64,000 nucleotides of DNA from Eledone cirrhosa (taxonomy: Eukaryota): NCBI GenBank assembly GCA_964016885.1, contig OZ024741.1:79608001-79672000 (forward strand), written 5' to 3'. Positions within the stretch are counted from its first letter, which is position 1. Every line of letters starts with the position of its first letter. A program made the translations under genes and the position numbers. Below, piece after piece: positions 41,410 through 59,212 of this stretch. The notes beneath the pieces were generated by a model. That model did no database searches. It saw only the letters and a program-made list of their open reading frames with translations, and was not told where the DNA came from.

Positions 41410-42505
41410 TATATATTATATATGTATTATATATATATATAATGTATATACATATATTTATATGTATTATATATATATATAATACATATGTAATATATAT
41501 ATATAATATAATGTATATACATATATATATATTATATATGTATTATATATATATATAATGTATATTATATATGTATTATATATATATATATATAATACAT
41601 ATATAATATATATATATGTATATGTATATATATATATGTGTATATATATATATATGTATATGTATATATATATGTATATATATATATATGTATATGTATA
41701 TATATATTATATAATATGATGTATATATATAATATAATATATATAAGATAATATATATAATATATATTTATATATAATATATATATAACATTGATATATA
41801 ATATATATATAATATATATATATTATATATAACATATATAATATATATATATCATATATATAGAATATATATATCATGTATATAATATATATAAATGTCA
41901 TATATATATAATGTATAATATTTATATATATCATTTATCTATCTATATTATATATCATATATAGAATATACAATATATGTATATATTGTATATTATATAT
42001 ATGATATATATAGATAGATATAATATATATATGATATATATAAATATTCACCAATTTCTTTTCTATATATGATATATATATATTATATATTATATATTAT
42101 ATATATTATTGTATATATTATATATATGATATATTTATATATATATAATATATATATGATATATATAAATATTCACCAATCTCTCTTCTATATATGATAT
42201 ATATATATATTATATATTATATATAAATATATATTATATATTATATATATATAGAATATGCAATATATATATTATATATAATATATATTACTCTTTTACT
42301 CTTTTACCTGTTTCAGCCATCCGGCTGAGGCCATTCTGGGGCACCGTCCTTGGAATATATTATATATATATTATCAATATATATATATATATAATATATA
42401 TATATATATAATATATATTATATATATATATATTATATATATATATATATATATATGTTATATATATTATATATATATAATATATATATATATATTATAT
42501 ATATA

Positions 42506-42537
<32 letters not shown>

Positions 42538-42681
42538 GTTATATATATATATATTATATATATATATATATAATATATATATATATATAATATATAATAT
42601 ATATATATATAATATATATTATATATATATATATATTATATATATATATATATTATATATATATATATATGTTATATATAT

Positions 42682-42713
<32 letters not shown>

Positions 42714-42867
42714 ATATATATTATATATATATATATATTATATATATATATGTGTTATATATATATATATTATATATATATATATATAATATATATATAA
42801 TATATATATATATAATATATATTATATATATATATATATTATATATATATATATATTATATATATAT

Positions 42868-42912
<45 letters not shown>

Positions 42913-42949
42913 TTATATATATTATATATATATATATATATATATTGAT

Positions 42950-42980
<31 letters not shown>

Positions 42981-43003
42981 CATATAATATATATATATTT
43001 TTA

Positions 43004-43036
<33 letters not shown>

Positions 43037-43719
43037 ATATTATATATATATATATAATATATATATATATAATATATATATATATAATATAAATATATAT
43101 AATATATATATATAATATATATATATATAATATATAAAATATATATATATATATATATAATAAATATATATATATATAATATATATGTATATATATAGAT
43201 AATATATATATATGTATATATATAGATAATATATATATATATATATATAATATGCAATATATATATATATCTATATATAATATGCAATATATATATAATA
43301 TATATATAATATATATATATAATATATATATAATATATATTATATATATAATATATATTATATATATAATATATATTATATATATATTATATATATATAT
43401 AGATAATATATATATATATATATATATAATATATATATATATAATATATATATATATATAATATATATATATAATATATATATATATAATATATATATAT
43501 ATATATAAAATATATATATATATAATAAATATATAATATATATATATATAATATATATGTATATATATAGATAATATATATATATATATATAATATGCAA
43601 TATATATATATATCTATATATAATATGCAATATATATATAATATATATTTATATAATATATATATAATATATATTATATATATAATATATATATATATAT
43701 ACATATAATATATATATAT

Positions 43720-43775
<56 letters not shown>
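41410..43775. repeat. Very long degenerate (TA)n/AT-only tract
   Basis: Seen directly; contains a short SINE-tail fragment at 42290-42352. Confidence 0.95.
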
Positions 43776-43781
<6 letters not shown>

Positions 43782-44071
43782 GAGCAAGAAATATAAAAAA
43801 GGAAATTTATGAAAATGATGAAGATGGAAAAAAATAAGAGTTAATACATATGGAAAGAAAGAGGAGAAGATCAAATACGTCTACAAATAAATAATGATCA
43901 CCAGCAAACACCTAAAATAATTCACATGAAAATTACTTAGAAATGAGGCTTTGAATCAAATGGATCGAAGTAGAGCGAAGACTAGACGAAAAAAAAATTA
44001 ACAAGTGATACAAAAAAAATTATCACGTCTGCTAGCCAGACTGATACGATTAGTGTAACTGCATAATGGTC

Positions 44072-44103
<32 letters not shown>

Positions 44104-44145
44104 ATATATAATGCATGCATATACATATATCAATATACACACATT

Positions 44146-44182
<37 letters not shown>

Positions 44183-44311
44183 AGAAAAAACGCACCACAG
44201 TACATAACAGGTACTTTATTTATCGACCACTAGGATACATGACAGGACTTCTATTCGACAGCATACTAACTATCTGCCAATATATATATACATATATATA
44301 TATGTGTATAT

Positions 44312-44388
44312 AGGGTACCCCCCAAAAATGTATACACACTTCAAAAGCATTCTAATAAATATATGTTTACATTTTGGGAGACACCCTG
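44312..44388. mobile_element. Tiny Tc1/mariner-type MITE
   Basis: TA-flanked AGGGTACCCCCCAAAAATGTATACA / TGTTTACATTTTGGGAGACACCCTG. Confidence 0.6.
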
Positions 44389-44658
44389 TATATATATATA
44401 TATAGTGTTTTACCGTCTACATACACGTTTGTATTGAATATAAAGAACATATATACCTAAAAGTGTGCGCTATAGAAATTGTAAAAATATCAGGTAAATA
44501 GGTCCACTGTTTTTTTCTCTTTTGTTATCATTATAAATATAAACCGGGTTGATTGAGCTTGACAGGAAAATAAATAAAAGGGAACAACCGGTGTAATGTT
44601 TATAGACACGTGTTTCAATCAAGGCAATAGCTTTACCAACGCACACATATATACACGC

Positions 44659-44722
<64 letters not shown>

Positions 44723-45109
44723 ACTTCGTGTGCGTATACATCAACAGTGGCCAATTAAATACTTTTAGAATATATATATATATGCGTGTGTTTGTATGCA
44801 TGTATATATATATTCTTATATACCGATTCTTATAAAAATTTCATCTGTCTCTTCTCGCAGTGTCCAGTCACTGAAATGCAATGGTCGGAGTTGATGCTGG
44901 TTATTGTCCGAAACGAACGGCCAATATTGTATAACATCTGTGGTAATATATAACAAAAACAAAGACAGAACGAATGAATGAACGAAAGAATGAAAGAATT
45001 AATGAAAATAAAACAAGAACAAAAGAACTTGGTCGACGAAAGATTTAAATCCGAATTGTATACCGGATGTTATTATATGAGTATTTATTTAGAGAAGCTA
45101 ACATATTTC

Positions 45110-45171
<62 letters not shown>

Positions 45172-45274
45172 AATAATAAAGATTTGAAAAAAGAGCACCT
45201 CCTGTGTTTTATTTTTTATATTTATTATATGCTACATACATATATATATGTATGCATATATATATATATATATA

Positions 45275-45368
<94 letters not shown>

Positions 45369-45390
45369 AACACACACACATATATATATG

Positions 45391-45471
<81 letters not shown>

Positions 45472-46013
45472 TGACATATTTTTAGTATATATACTAATAT
45501 GTATATATGTGTCTCTCCAAGACAATGCTAAAACCATGGGTGAGATACTGCAGAAACAATACCGCCCTGTTTTCAGCAATCCTGATATGGTTGATCTGGG
45601 CTGTATCACTGATGTTAACCCCTAACACCATATCTAATATGACGATTGGAGCACTTGATGTCTTAGCGGTAATAAACGAAATTAAATACAACTCAGCAGT
45701 AGGCCCCAATAGGTTCCTAGCTGGTATCTTGAAGATGTGTCGATACTAACTTGCATCTCATCTAGGGCTCCAACACTGATATCATATACTTTGATATTAG
45801 CAAGGCCTTTGACAGGGTTGATCACAAAATCTTATTGAAAAAAATATCCAACATTGGTGTCTTTGGAAAGTTTCTACAATGGATCAAGTATTTCCTGACA
45901 AACAGAACCCAACATATTGTAGTCAAAGTAGTACAATCAAGCCCAGACAAAGTCAATAGTAGCGTCCCACAAGCCACTGTGTTGGGCCCACTTCTCTTCA
46001 TTATTTATATCAA

Positions 46014-46199
46014 AGGCGGTGGATTGGCAGTATCGGTAGAGGGTCGGACGCCATGCTTTGACGCATAGAGTTACGGCCCTTGCCATTCTGAGTTCAAATC
46101 TCGCCGAGGCTTACTTTGCCTTTCATCCTTACGGGGTCGATAAAATAAAGTACCAGTAATGCACTGATAATTGCTGGCCTTGTGTCAAAAGTAGAAACA
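46014..46199 (+). mobile_element. Meta/MESC-like SINE with TSD
   Basis: TSD ATTATTTATATCAA at 46000-46013 and 46200-46213. Confidence 0.85.
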
Positions 46200-46677
46200 A
46201 TTATTTATATCAATGACATTATCGACGTTATCAAGCACAGTAACATAAGAATCTTTGCAGATTCCGAGCTCCAGATGGTCATCAATGGAGTGAGAGACCA
46301 GACATCCCTTCAACCAGCTCTATTTGCTGTTGTCCAATGGGCGAAAAAACCCAAATAAATTTGAAATAATCCACCGAAACTATCATATTCTCTTCCCTTG
46401 GGTGAAAGCTTTGTGGCATCCAACAACAGAGACCTAGGAGTAATTGTTGATAACAACCTAATTTGACATGGCCCGCAGGATTTGTTCCTTGATTATCAGA
46501 ACTTTCCAGTCGAGAGATATCCATACTTATTATCATTCTCTTCTCTACTTTTGCCTTGAGTACTGTTGTCTACTGTGGTCTCCCCACACGAAACAAAATA
46601 TTATGAAATCCAAAGCACCTCAAAAGTCAATCACAAAAACGATAGACGGTATGACAGGCCTTCACTATTAGGGTCGA

Positions 46678-46844
46678 TAAGGGCGGTGAATTGGCAGTAT
46701 CGATAGAGGGTCGGACGCCATGATTTCCACTCTGAGTTCAAATCCCGTCGAGGTTAACTTTACCTTTCATCCTTTCGGGGTCGATAAAATAAAGTACCAG
46801 TAATGTACTGGGTAATTGCTGGCCTTGTGCCAAAAGTAGAAACA
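46678..46844 (+). mobile_element. Meta/MESC-like SINE with TSD
   Basis: TSD ACTATTAGGGTCGA at 46664-46677 and 46845-46858. Confidence 0.85.
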
Positions 46845-47358
46845 ACTATTAGGGTCGACAAGAAAAGCTCGAACTCTACTCTCTCCAATGCCGCCGTGAG
46901 CGCTACATTATCTGCATGATGTGGAAAACATTCCATCAGCAGTGGATGTTGACATCATCTTTAAAATGCACCTATGACTTGGACCCTCGCTATCCGCCCA
47001 CAACAAAAATAAAACTCGCATCCCATAACAACAATACGGCACAATTATTTCACCTGCACTGGTCCCACCCTCTTTAACATTACACCAAAACACATAAAAA
47101 TAGAAACAGATCCCATAAAATTCAAAATGTCTTTGGACAAATTCCTCCAAGAAATTTCGGATAAACCCCCCGTCACCCGGATATGTCTTCGAAAATATTA
47201 ATTCTCTACTTGAGTGGATCTTGGTGTTCAAATCATGATCTGAAAGAGTTCGCCAGATAGTGCTATTAAGTTATACATGGTCTGGGTCAATACTGGCCCA
47301 AACTTATCAAAGTTATACACACACATATATATATATATGTTTATACACGCATATATAA

Positions 47359-47402
<44 letters not shown>

Positions 47403-47437
47403 TTATAAATATACATACATATACGCACGCACACACA

Positions 47438-48039
47438 CTTAAAAATTGTTTTTCGTTTTGCCTTGTTTCCGTTCGTTGTCTTGTCCTTTTTTTGCTAATT
47501 TCCTTAAGTTTATCAATATTAATGTGATGAACGTATTATCTCTTCCCTTCCCACTCGCCTCATTTATTGCAATGGCTTACATTTTTTTAACACGATATCT
47601 TTCTGTCTTCTTGCATTTTTTCTTTCATTCTAATTTCTTCCTTCCTTTCTTTTTTCTTCACTTTTTCTTTTGTTTCATTCATGATTCTCGTGCTATAAAA
47701 GGTACCGCACTTATTCCTTGACGTCACATAAAATTTTATGAATACTTGTAGCTTAATTGCTAAGAATTAATGTTTTGCCTCTCGTCTCTTACTCCACTGG
47801 ACAGCGTTTGGCTTATGTCAGACGCTGTGACCCCGAGCGGACCAGCAGTACCGTTAGTAGGGGTCGAAACTGCCAAAGTCCACCTCAACGGCCGATGACC
47901 CGGGAGTTCTGTATCCTTCGTTTGTATCTTTATTTTTAAAAGATAATTTTTAAGGTTTCCCCTTAAAAAATTGTTTTTGGGTTTTGCCTTTTTTTCGTTC
48001 GTTGCCTTGTCCTCTCTTTGTTAATTTGTTAAAGTTTAT
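47438..48039 (+). mobile_element. ~524-bp non-coding unit with ~77-bp terminal direct repeat and a structured core (pLTR/retrozyme-like)
   Basis: CTTAAAAATTGTTTTT...AAGTTTAT repeated at 47438 and 47962; hairpins and GAAAC/GTC/CCGATGA motifs at 47800-47905. Confidence 0.6.
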
Positions 48040-48045
48040 ATACAT

Positions 48046-52221
<4,176 letters not shown>

Positions 52222-52515
52222 ATATATATATATATATATATATATATAAAGGACGATTTGTTAGGTCTTCCTTAGTAGTGACGCGCATGATTGAATAAAT
52301 ACATGTTTTTTTCTAAAAAGAAAAAGAAAACGTTTTCCTTCGTCTTCTCACTCTCTGTGTCTCAATTTCAACTTTTATTTCTCATTCTATTTTTTTTTTA
52401 TGGACGACTAGTATCCGAAGCGTTAAGAGTTTTTTCCTACTATTTCAAGCCTTAAACTAATATATCTCTTCATTATACTGTTCTGTTTGCTTTGTTGTTT
52501 CCATTCATATTTTGA

Positions 52516-52579
<64 letters not shown>

Positions 52580-52883
52580 GCGTACGCGTTAGGTGTATAA
52601 CAACAGTTACAGGCGGCGCACCGTTCCTTCACTCAATGCTGTTACGAGGTCCATTTCGTTTGGGTTGTATTCCAGTGTTACGGCTGTAGTGAGTAGAGTG
52701 TAAATAGATTTAAAAGAGTTGAACTTAGTGTTGCACCATATGTACAAACTCTCTCTATATAATCACACACACATATGTATCAAGATCATCATTATCGTCA
52801 TCATCATTTTTACGTCTGCTCTTCCATATTTGCATGGGTTGGACGGGTTATTTTCAGCGCTTCATCCCTCTACTCGTCTTGTT

Positions 52884-52964
52884 CCTCTTATAACCCTGAA
52901 AAAAATACCACGGAGGTGGAGGGGGTATTTATATCAAAGGTATTTTTTTCAGGGTTATAAGAGG
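52884..52964. repeat. 81-bp element with perfect 26-bp inverted repeats (MITE-like)
   Basis: CCTCTTATAACCCTGAAAAAAATACC / GGTATTTTTTTCAGGGTTATAAGAGG. Confidence 0.75.
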
Positions 52965-53056
52965 CTTAGCTCTGTTTCTTGACCGCTGTATTACGTGATT
53001 GACTCCCCCTCCGCCTTTCGAGATTCTATCTCGCGGATTACGGACGTGTTTTGAAA

Positions 53057-53161
53057 CCCTAATGATGTATCCTCTTGATAAGTCGGCAGACCTTACAAAA
53101 ACTCTATATCGCTGTGATGTAGTGTTTTTGCATAATATGCCATGAAACTACGTAGTCGGGG
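53057..53161 (+). ncRNA. Decayed type I hammerhead with long stem II
   Basis: CC-CTAATGA...internal hairpin...GAAAC-TACGTAGT-C-GG; palindromic stem III ACTACGTAGT, GUC site. Confidence 0.55.
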
Positions 53162-53917
53162 ACGAAAGAAGCAGTTTGGGTATGATACATCTTATTATTA
53201 ATTATATCTAATGTTTCTTCTCTCTTCATAATATATATATATATATATACATATATACATATGGGAGTAGTATAGACGTATAAATATTATATATAAATTT
53301 ATTTATTCCGTTCCTTACAACATAGTTATGGTGTTTCAGCAAAGAGAGCTGGTTGTTCGCTGTGGTTTTCTTTCGCACCCATTGACCAGAGATGGCTAGA
53401 TCAAATTACACAATATCTCTACTGTTATGTTTCTGTTAACAATGCATCTGGCCTTCAGTTGCAGCAGTTTCCCGTCACTTATTTCCCACCTCCTTACACA
53501 CATACCCTACCAGCTAACTATATACACGAGAGATTTGGATAACATACAAAACTTCTCTGGAGAAGGTCAGCGAACAATGCTGAACCATCATAGGTATGTT
53601 GTAAGAAACTGAATAAATAAAATTATACTTATATTTTATTATCTGTATAGAATTGTGTTTCTCTTCGTCGACTAGCAGAAAGTGTAGAAACCGGCAGGTT
53701 TATGAAGCTTTATGAAAGTTTTGTCATGTATTGTGATGCAATTTATAACAATATTGGTATGAATATGAGGTGGAGTATAGAATCGAGTATTGAGTTTTTA
53801 GTTTGGTTAAGTAGAACAATGATGGTTAAAACTATGCACGCTTACGGTTTTACTACCTTATATGCTTGTCTGTAATTGGGTTTGGTTGAAGAAGGGTAAG
53901 TAGAATAATTGATCCAG

Positions 53918-54240
53918 TGAAGGCGCATGGCTTAGTGGTTAGAGAGTGCAATTGAGAGGTTGTGAATTCGATTCTCTGACCGGGTTGTGCGTTGTGTCCT
54001 TGAGCAAGACACTATATTTCACGTTGCTCCAGTTTACTCAGCTGTAGAAATGAGTTGCGACGTTATTGGTGCCATGCTGTATCGGCCATTGCCTTTCCTT
54101 TGGACAACATCGGTGGCGTGGAGAGGGAAGGCTGGTATGCATGGGCGACTACTGGTCTTCCAAAAAACAAACCTTGCCCAGGCTTGTGCCTCTAGGTGCA
54201 AAACCATGGTCATTCGTGACCGAGTGGGACCTTAAAAAAA
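53918..54240 (+). mobile_element. CORE-type tRNA SINE with a different 3' tail
   Basis: Same head and CORE as 6212, divergent tail, A-rich end. Confidence 0.75.
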
Positions 54241-54329
54241 AAAGATCTAGTTATCCGGCAGAATTATAAATGCGCCATTTAGGGACGAGAAAGGCTTTAT
54301 ATCTAGGATAAGGTATAACGGATACACAT

Positions 54330-57095
54330 TAGGGTGTTTCATACTTATAGATGAATATTTTTGTGAGAATCACCTTATATCATCGATTGTGCCCTGGATC
54401 TATTTTACATAAGAGCTATACCGGCGAAAATACGGAGATACGGATATATTCAGGGGTTGCACAGTTTAGTGCTTTTTGAATGCTATGCCAAAACAAATGA
54501 AAAAAATATATATTTCAACACTTGTTGATTGTAGCCAAGTTGCATTTTGTGTCCGTTTCGTCCGTTTTCTACCGTTTATAGGATTTTAAATGAAAAAAAC
54601 AATTAACTAGAAAAATAATTTTATATCGATTATTTGTTTTCATTGTTCGTACAAAGAAGTATATGGCATCGCGTTGATGAGGCGAAGTTTTAGATATTTG
54701 TTTTGATAATTCAACAAGATAATGAGTTTACAATAAGATTCTAATACAAGATTCATTGCATTGTTGGTTCTTAAGTTCATTGCATTGTTGGTTCAAGGCT
54801 GGTTGTGTTAGCGAATAGTAAACACGCTGGTTTTCGTCAAGTTCCATCAGTTGTTATAAAGTTACGAAATAATGTTCTCCTCTTTTGCTTGTTATAGCCT
54901 AAATGGGTTCCAGAAATGTGAGAACCCAAAGGCTCATAAAAACAATTGATTGATTAATTTTGCTTTTCATCTTTCGCAGTAAATATCGAGAATTATATAA
55001 GGGGCATAATGGACTGAGAAAAGAAAAATCAAGGATGACTGACAAAGCAATTAGAAAGGTGACCTCGAGGAAATTTTTAACATAGCAAACCAGAACGTTC
55101 TCGAACGAAAAGATGTCCCATCTGAAGACAAAGCTTTCCTTGAGACACTGCGGCAAGGTGGGATGTTTCCCTTCGTGGCTGGTGTTGATGCATAATATTT
55201 GAGAGCCATTCAGAAGAAGGAAAAGAAGATTCGTGATATGAAAGTAAGAAAAAGAGCAGAATCAAGAAGTCAAGATGTCCCAGAAAGTAGCTCTTCAAAT
55301 TTGATCATCCAGCTCAGTTATTAGTGATGATGAAAATCACCGCGAATAAAGCCAACTTTCGATGCCACTCATGTTGCCATGTGGGAACGGGAGAAACTAT
55401 ATAACAAGCAACTACTTCTTACATCGCAATTGCATAGAGTCTTGATCATAATGTGTCTGAACTCTCGATTTCCCCCTCAACTGTTTATCGAGCAAGAACC
55501 AGTCACTGTGAGAAGATGGCTTAGCTAATCGAGTTATCCGCTTTCCCACCTGAAGACAGATCCTGGCTACTTCGCTACCGGGATGGAGGATTATTACCAT
55601 CGGCTTCACGATCCAGCTCACTCTAAGAGATGGAACCGAACAAGTTGCTGAAGTTGTTCTGAAGGAAATTCAACGACTCAAAATTGAGGATAGAATAATT
55701 GGTATGTTCTTCGACACCACCGCCAATAGGCATGCACCAAGGAGCCAATACGAAAATTGAAGCAGCTCTCAAAACTCCCTCTTGTGACTGGCTTGCCTCT
55801 ATCACATTCTTTGGTTTTGAAGAAAATCTTCGAGATTTTTTCCCCATCATCTGGTCCCGGGACCTCACTGTCCAAAAAGTTCCAGGAGTGTTGGAATTCC
55901 ATTGATAAGTCTCATTATCAAACTAATCTGGACGATGGAAGATTTTTAGAAGCAAAAGAAGGAGGCGATGGTTGAATATCTACTGACTGTACTACTTTCT
56001 GGAGATCACAACAGAGAAGACTATGCAGAGTTTATATACCTCTCCCTTCTCTATCTTGGTGGTTGGCCATCTCCCCAGTTCTCTTTCTCGGTTCCAGGAG
56101 CTTACTACCAGATTCGTTGGAGGGCTAAGGTCATATATGTGATCAAGATAGTTCTGTTCAAAGCACAACTTAAAGCCGAGAGATCATCAAATGTTGCTTA
56201 CTTTGTGACTTTGGTGTATGTAAAATTCTGGAACGAAGCCATGGTTCCCAGATGGGCTCCAAAGAATGATTTTGATTTGATGAAGCTGCTACCAATGTAT
56301 CCTGGCCAACAGAATGGACCTGGTGCAGAGGCGGTCCTTCAGCGTCACCTGTGGTACTTGTCAGAAAAGTTAGTAGCGTTGGCTTTCTTTGGCGAAAGAC
56401 TTGGAATGGGAGAGAAGAAAAAATATTCCTAAAGCTAACAAAAGAGGGAAAACAAGGGGATCAAGAAGTTCGAAGGGAAAGGAATGGCTTTCGGCAACAA
56501 AGAATTGAGTGACATTGTTACAAAGAAAACAAAAAAACTTCTTCCATCTGCTAGACATTGTCCCAAACAATTCGAATTTTTTATATTGACGACGATATCA
56601 AAGCATCTGTTGATGCTCTGAGAATTGTGAATGACACTACTGAACGAGTTACTTTCTTATATAGAGGTTTAATGATTCTACAAAGGATGAACATCAGAAA
56701 CAGGCTCACCTAAAACTTGTTGCGGAGCAAGGAAGACAGGTCCCACAGAAGACAAAGAGGGCCATTTCCGGTTATAAATTTCATTCATAAAAGTTTTTTT
56801 TATATTTAGCCCCAAAGTTATTGAGTATTTTGAACATATTCCTCCTGCTTATTTTCATTTTACTTCGTTCTGTCGTGCGGTTTCCTCATTGAATTCAGTA
56901 AAGTGAACAAAAAGAACAATACATCAAAGACCAAGTCAAAAAAAATCATGATAGATAAAAGACGTGAAAGTGTGTAACCTCTAAATATTATTCGATTGAC
57001 CTATAATTCGGTACACTTCGTTATTTCATCAAACTCAAATACGGGTGGAATCGACATGAGATGATTGGCGATACTTTGCAAAATGAAACACCCTA
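54330..57095 (+). mobile_element. hATm-type DNA transposon, degenerate transposase
   Basis: TIR TAGGGTGTTTCAT / ATGAAACACCCTA; 8-bp TSD ATACACAT (54322-54329; right copy split between 57096-57098 and 59221-59225); REDYAEF...PGAYYQIRWRAKVIY...RHLWYLSE motifs. Confidence 0.88.
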
Positions 57096-57098
57096 ATA

Positions 57099-59212
57099 CA
57101 GGCATGTCAAATATACAGCCCGCGGGCAGCATGCAGTCCTTTGCAAGCACACATGCGGCCCGCACAAAGGATTTTACAGCGCGGGCATGTTTTATCTTCG
57201 TAATATAAAATTAAAAAATTTTCGATACGATTGTTTTGTTTTTTTTTGTTTTTTGTTTTTTGTGCGATTTTTATCAACTACCTTTAACTTCCGACGAATC
57301 ACGTGGAACTCACTAACAGTTGTAAACAGAAAACTTTCAAGACTCAAGGAATTGAAGGCTAACTTGACACAGCAACAGACCTGTTTTATGAAAATTCAAG
57401 AAGAGAATGTCGCTTCTGTTACTGCAAGCTATGAACTCAGCCGAATGATCGCCATGCGTTGGAAATCTTACAGTGAAGGAGATTTTGTAAAGCAATGCTT
57501 TGTAAAAACAGGTGAAATTGTATGTCCAGAGAAAGCACAGTTATTCAAAGACATTTCATTAACCAGGAACACTGTTGCTGAATGGATTGATGAAATGTCA
57601 GGTGATCTGAAACAACAGTTGAAGGTTTGAATATTTCAAGGTTTGAATATTTTTCTATTGCTATTGATGATACCGTTAACATCACTGGAATAGCACAGCT
57701 TGCATTCTTCATCAGGGCCTGTGACAGTGAATTTAATATTTATGAAGAACTGATTGAACTGTTCCCCATGCATGACACTATAACAAGCAGGACATCTATG
57801 AGAAGGTTGTGCAGGTTCTGCATGACTATCTACTGCGAATATGGTTGGCAGACATAATGGTGTTGCTGCCAAGTTACGAACAAAAATAGTAAACTCGCAT
57901 CCAGATTCATCATTTGCACATTTTCACTGTATTATTCATCAGAAAATTTGTGTTCAAAGATTTTTAAATTGCATCATGTGCTTAGCTTGGTCACAAAGAC
58001 AGTGAACTATATCAGAGGCCGTGCTCTCAACCGCCGTCAACTCAGCCAGTTGTTGAAAGATATGGACAATCAGTTCACCGATGTTCCATTCTACACAGAA
58101 GTCCGCTGGTTGTCATATCACAAAGTGCTGAAAAGATTCTATTTGTTGAGACAAGAAATAATTATGTTTTTGGAGACGAAAGGTCAAAACACAGATGAAA
58201 TAAAAGATGAAAGTTGGCTCCAAGATCTGGCTTTTGCTGTGGATATTATTGCACAATTAACTGATCTTGATTTGAAATTACAAGGTAAAAACAAGCTCAT
58301 CACTCAATTGCATGATGTCATCAAGTGCTTCATTAGAAAACTAAGCTTATGGAAGTCACAGTTGTCAAATGAAAACTTAGTTCATTTTCCTACGTGCAAA
58401 GAGCTGAAAAACACTGCCAATACTGAGTCACCTGGAATTGTTGTCAAAGGAATTTCAGAAAAGATGTTGTGATTTCTCATCTTTTGAACATCAGTTTGCA
58501 TTATTCTCAGCACAATTCACCTTTGATGTTGCCAAGGCAGAAGAAAGCCTGCAGGTGGAACAATTGGAAATGCTGTCGGATTCTACACTTAGAGCAAAGT
58601 ATCTTGAAGTGGGGCTACCTGGTTTCTTTTCATACCTTCCTCAAAAGTTTTAAAACTTCAGAAAGTTTACCACAAAGATTATGGCAGTGTTTGGTTCTAC
58701 CTGTGTGTGTGAACAGTTATTTTCCTTCCTGAAATTAACAAAAAAAATCTCAGATAACAAGGCTGACTGATCAACACTTGTCATCTCTGATCAAAGTCGG
58801 AACTGTAAAGACATTTCAGCCAGACATACAAAAATTGTCAAAAAAAAAAAGACGTGTCAACGTCAGGACAAAACACTAAAAATTGTTGAATAGTAGCAAA
58901 AACATTTTCAGTTTTGAACTGTTGTAATTTTTGTACAATGTATTTGTTGCTGTTACAAGCTGCAAGTATATGTTGCCATTTAAAAATTTAGTTTTTTGTC
59001 AAAGCACTTCATTACTTTGTATTCATGAATGCTGCTAAAACATTTGTATGTACATTGTATGTTTCTAAATTTAAGTAACACATTTTTCTGCAATAAATAT
59101 TATTAAATGACTTTAATTAGTTATAATGTGCACAATTAGTTGTCGTGTGTGGCCCCCAAACAACACATATGTGACCCATGCAGCCCTTGGGGGACCCCAG
59201 TTTGACATGCCT
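57099..59212 (+). mobile_element. hAT (Charlie/SPIN, GTF2IRD2-like) DNA transposon, frameshifted transposase
   Basis: TIR CAGGCATGTCAAA / TTTGACATGCCT; TSD CCCTAATA/CTCTAATA; ISLTRNTV, FSIAIDD, HCIIHQ, TEVRWLS, FGSTCVCEQLFS. Confidence 0.92.

Larger units (their letters stand above)
45515..47260 (+). mobile_element. CR1/L2-group LINE RT remnant interrupted by two SINEs
   Basis: DISKAFDRVDHKILLKK...SVPQATVLGPLLFIIYINDI...IFAD; LEYCCLLWSP. Confidence 0.8.

Noticed and set aside
44870-44925. Possible hammerhead (TTGATGC...GAAACG)
   Set aside because: Core and cleavage triplet are non-canonical and there is no stem I
42455-45625. Long YI/IY-rich ORFs (also HT/CV-rich ORFs at 61493-61820)
   Set aside because: Translations of (TA)n and (CA)n microsatellites
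52395-52430. Possible minimal hammerhead (TGGACGA...CGAAGCGTT)
   Set aside because: Too degenerate to support on its own
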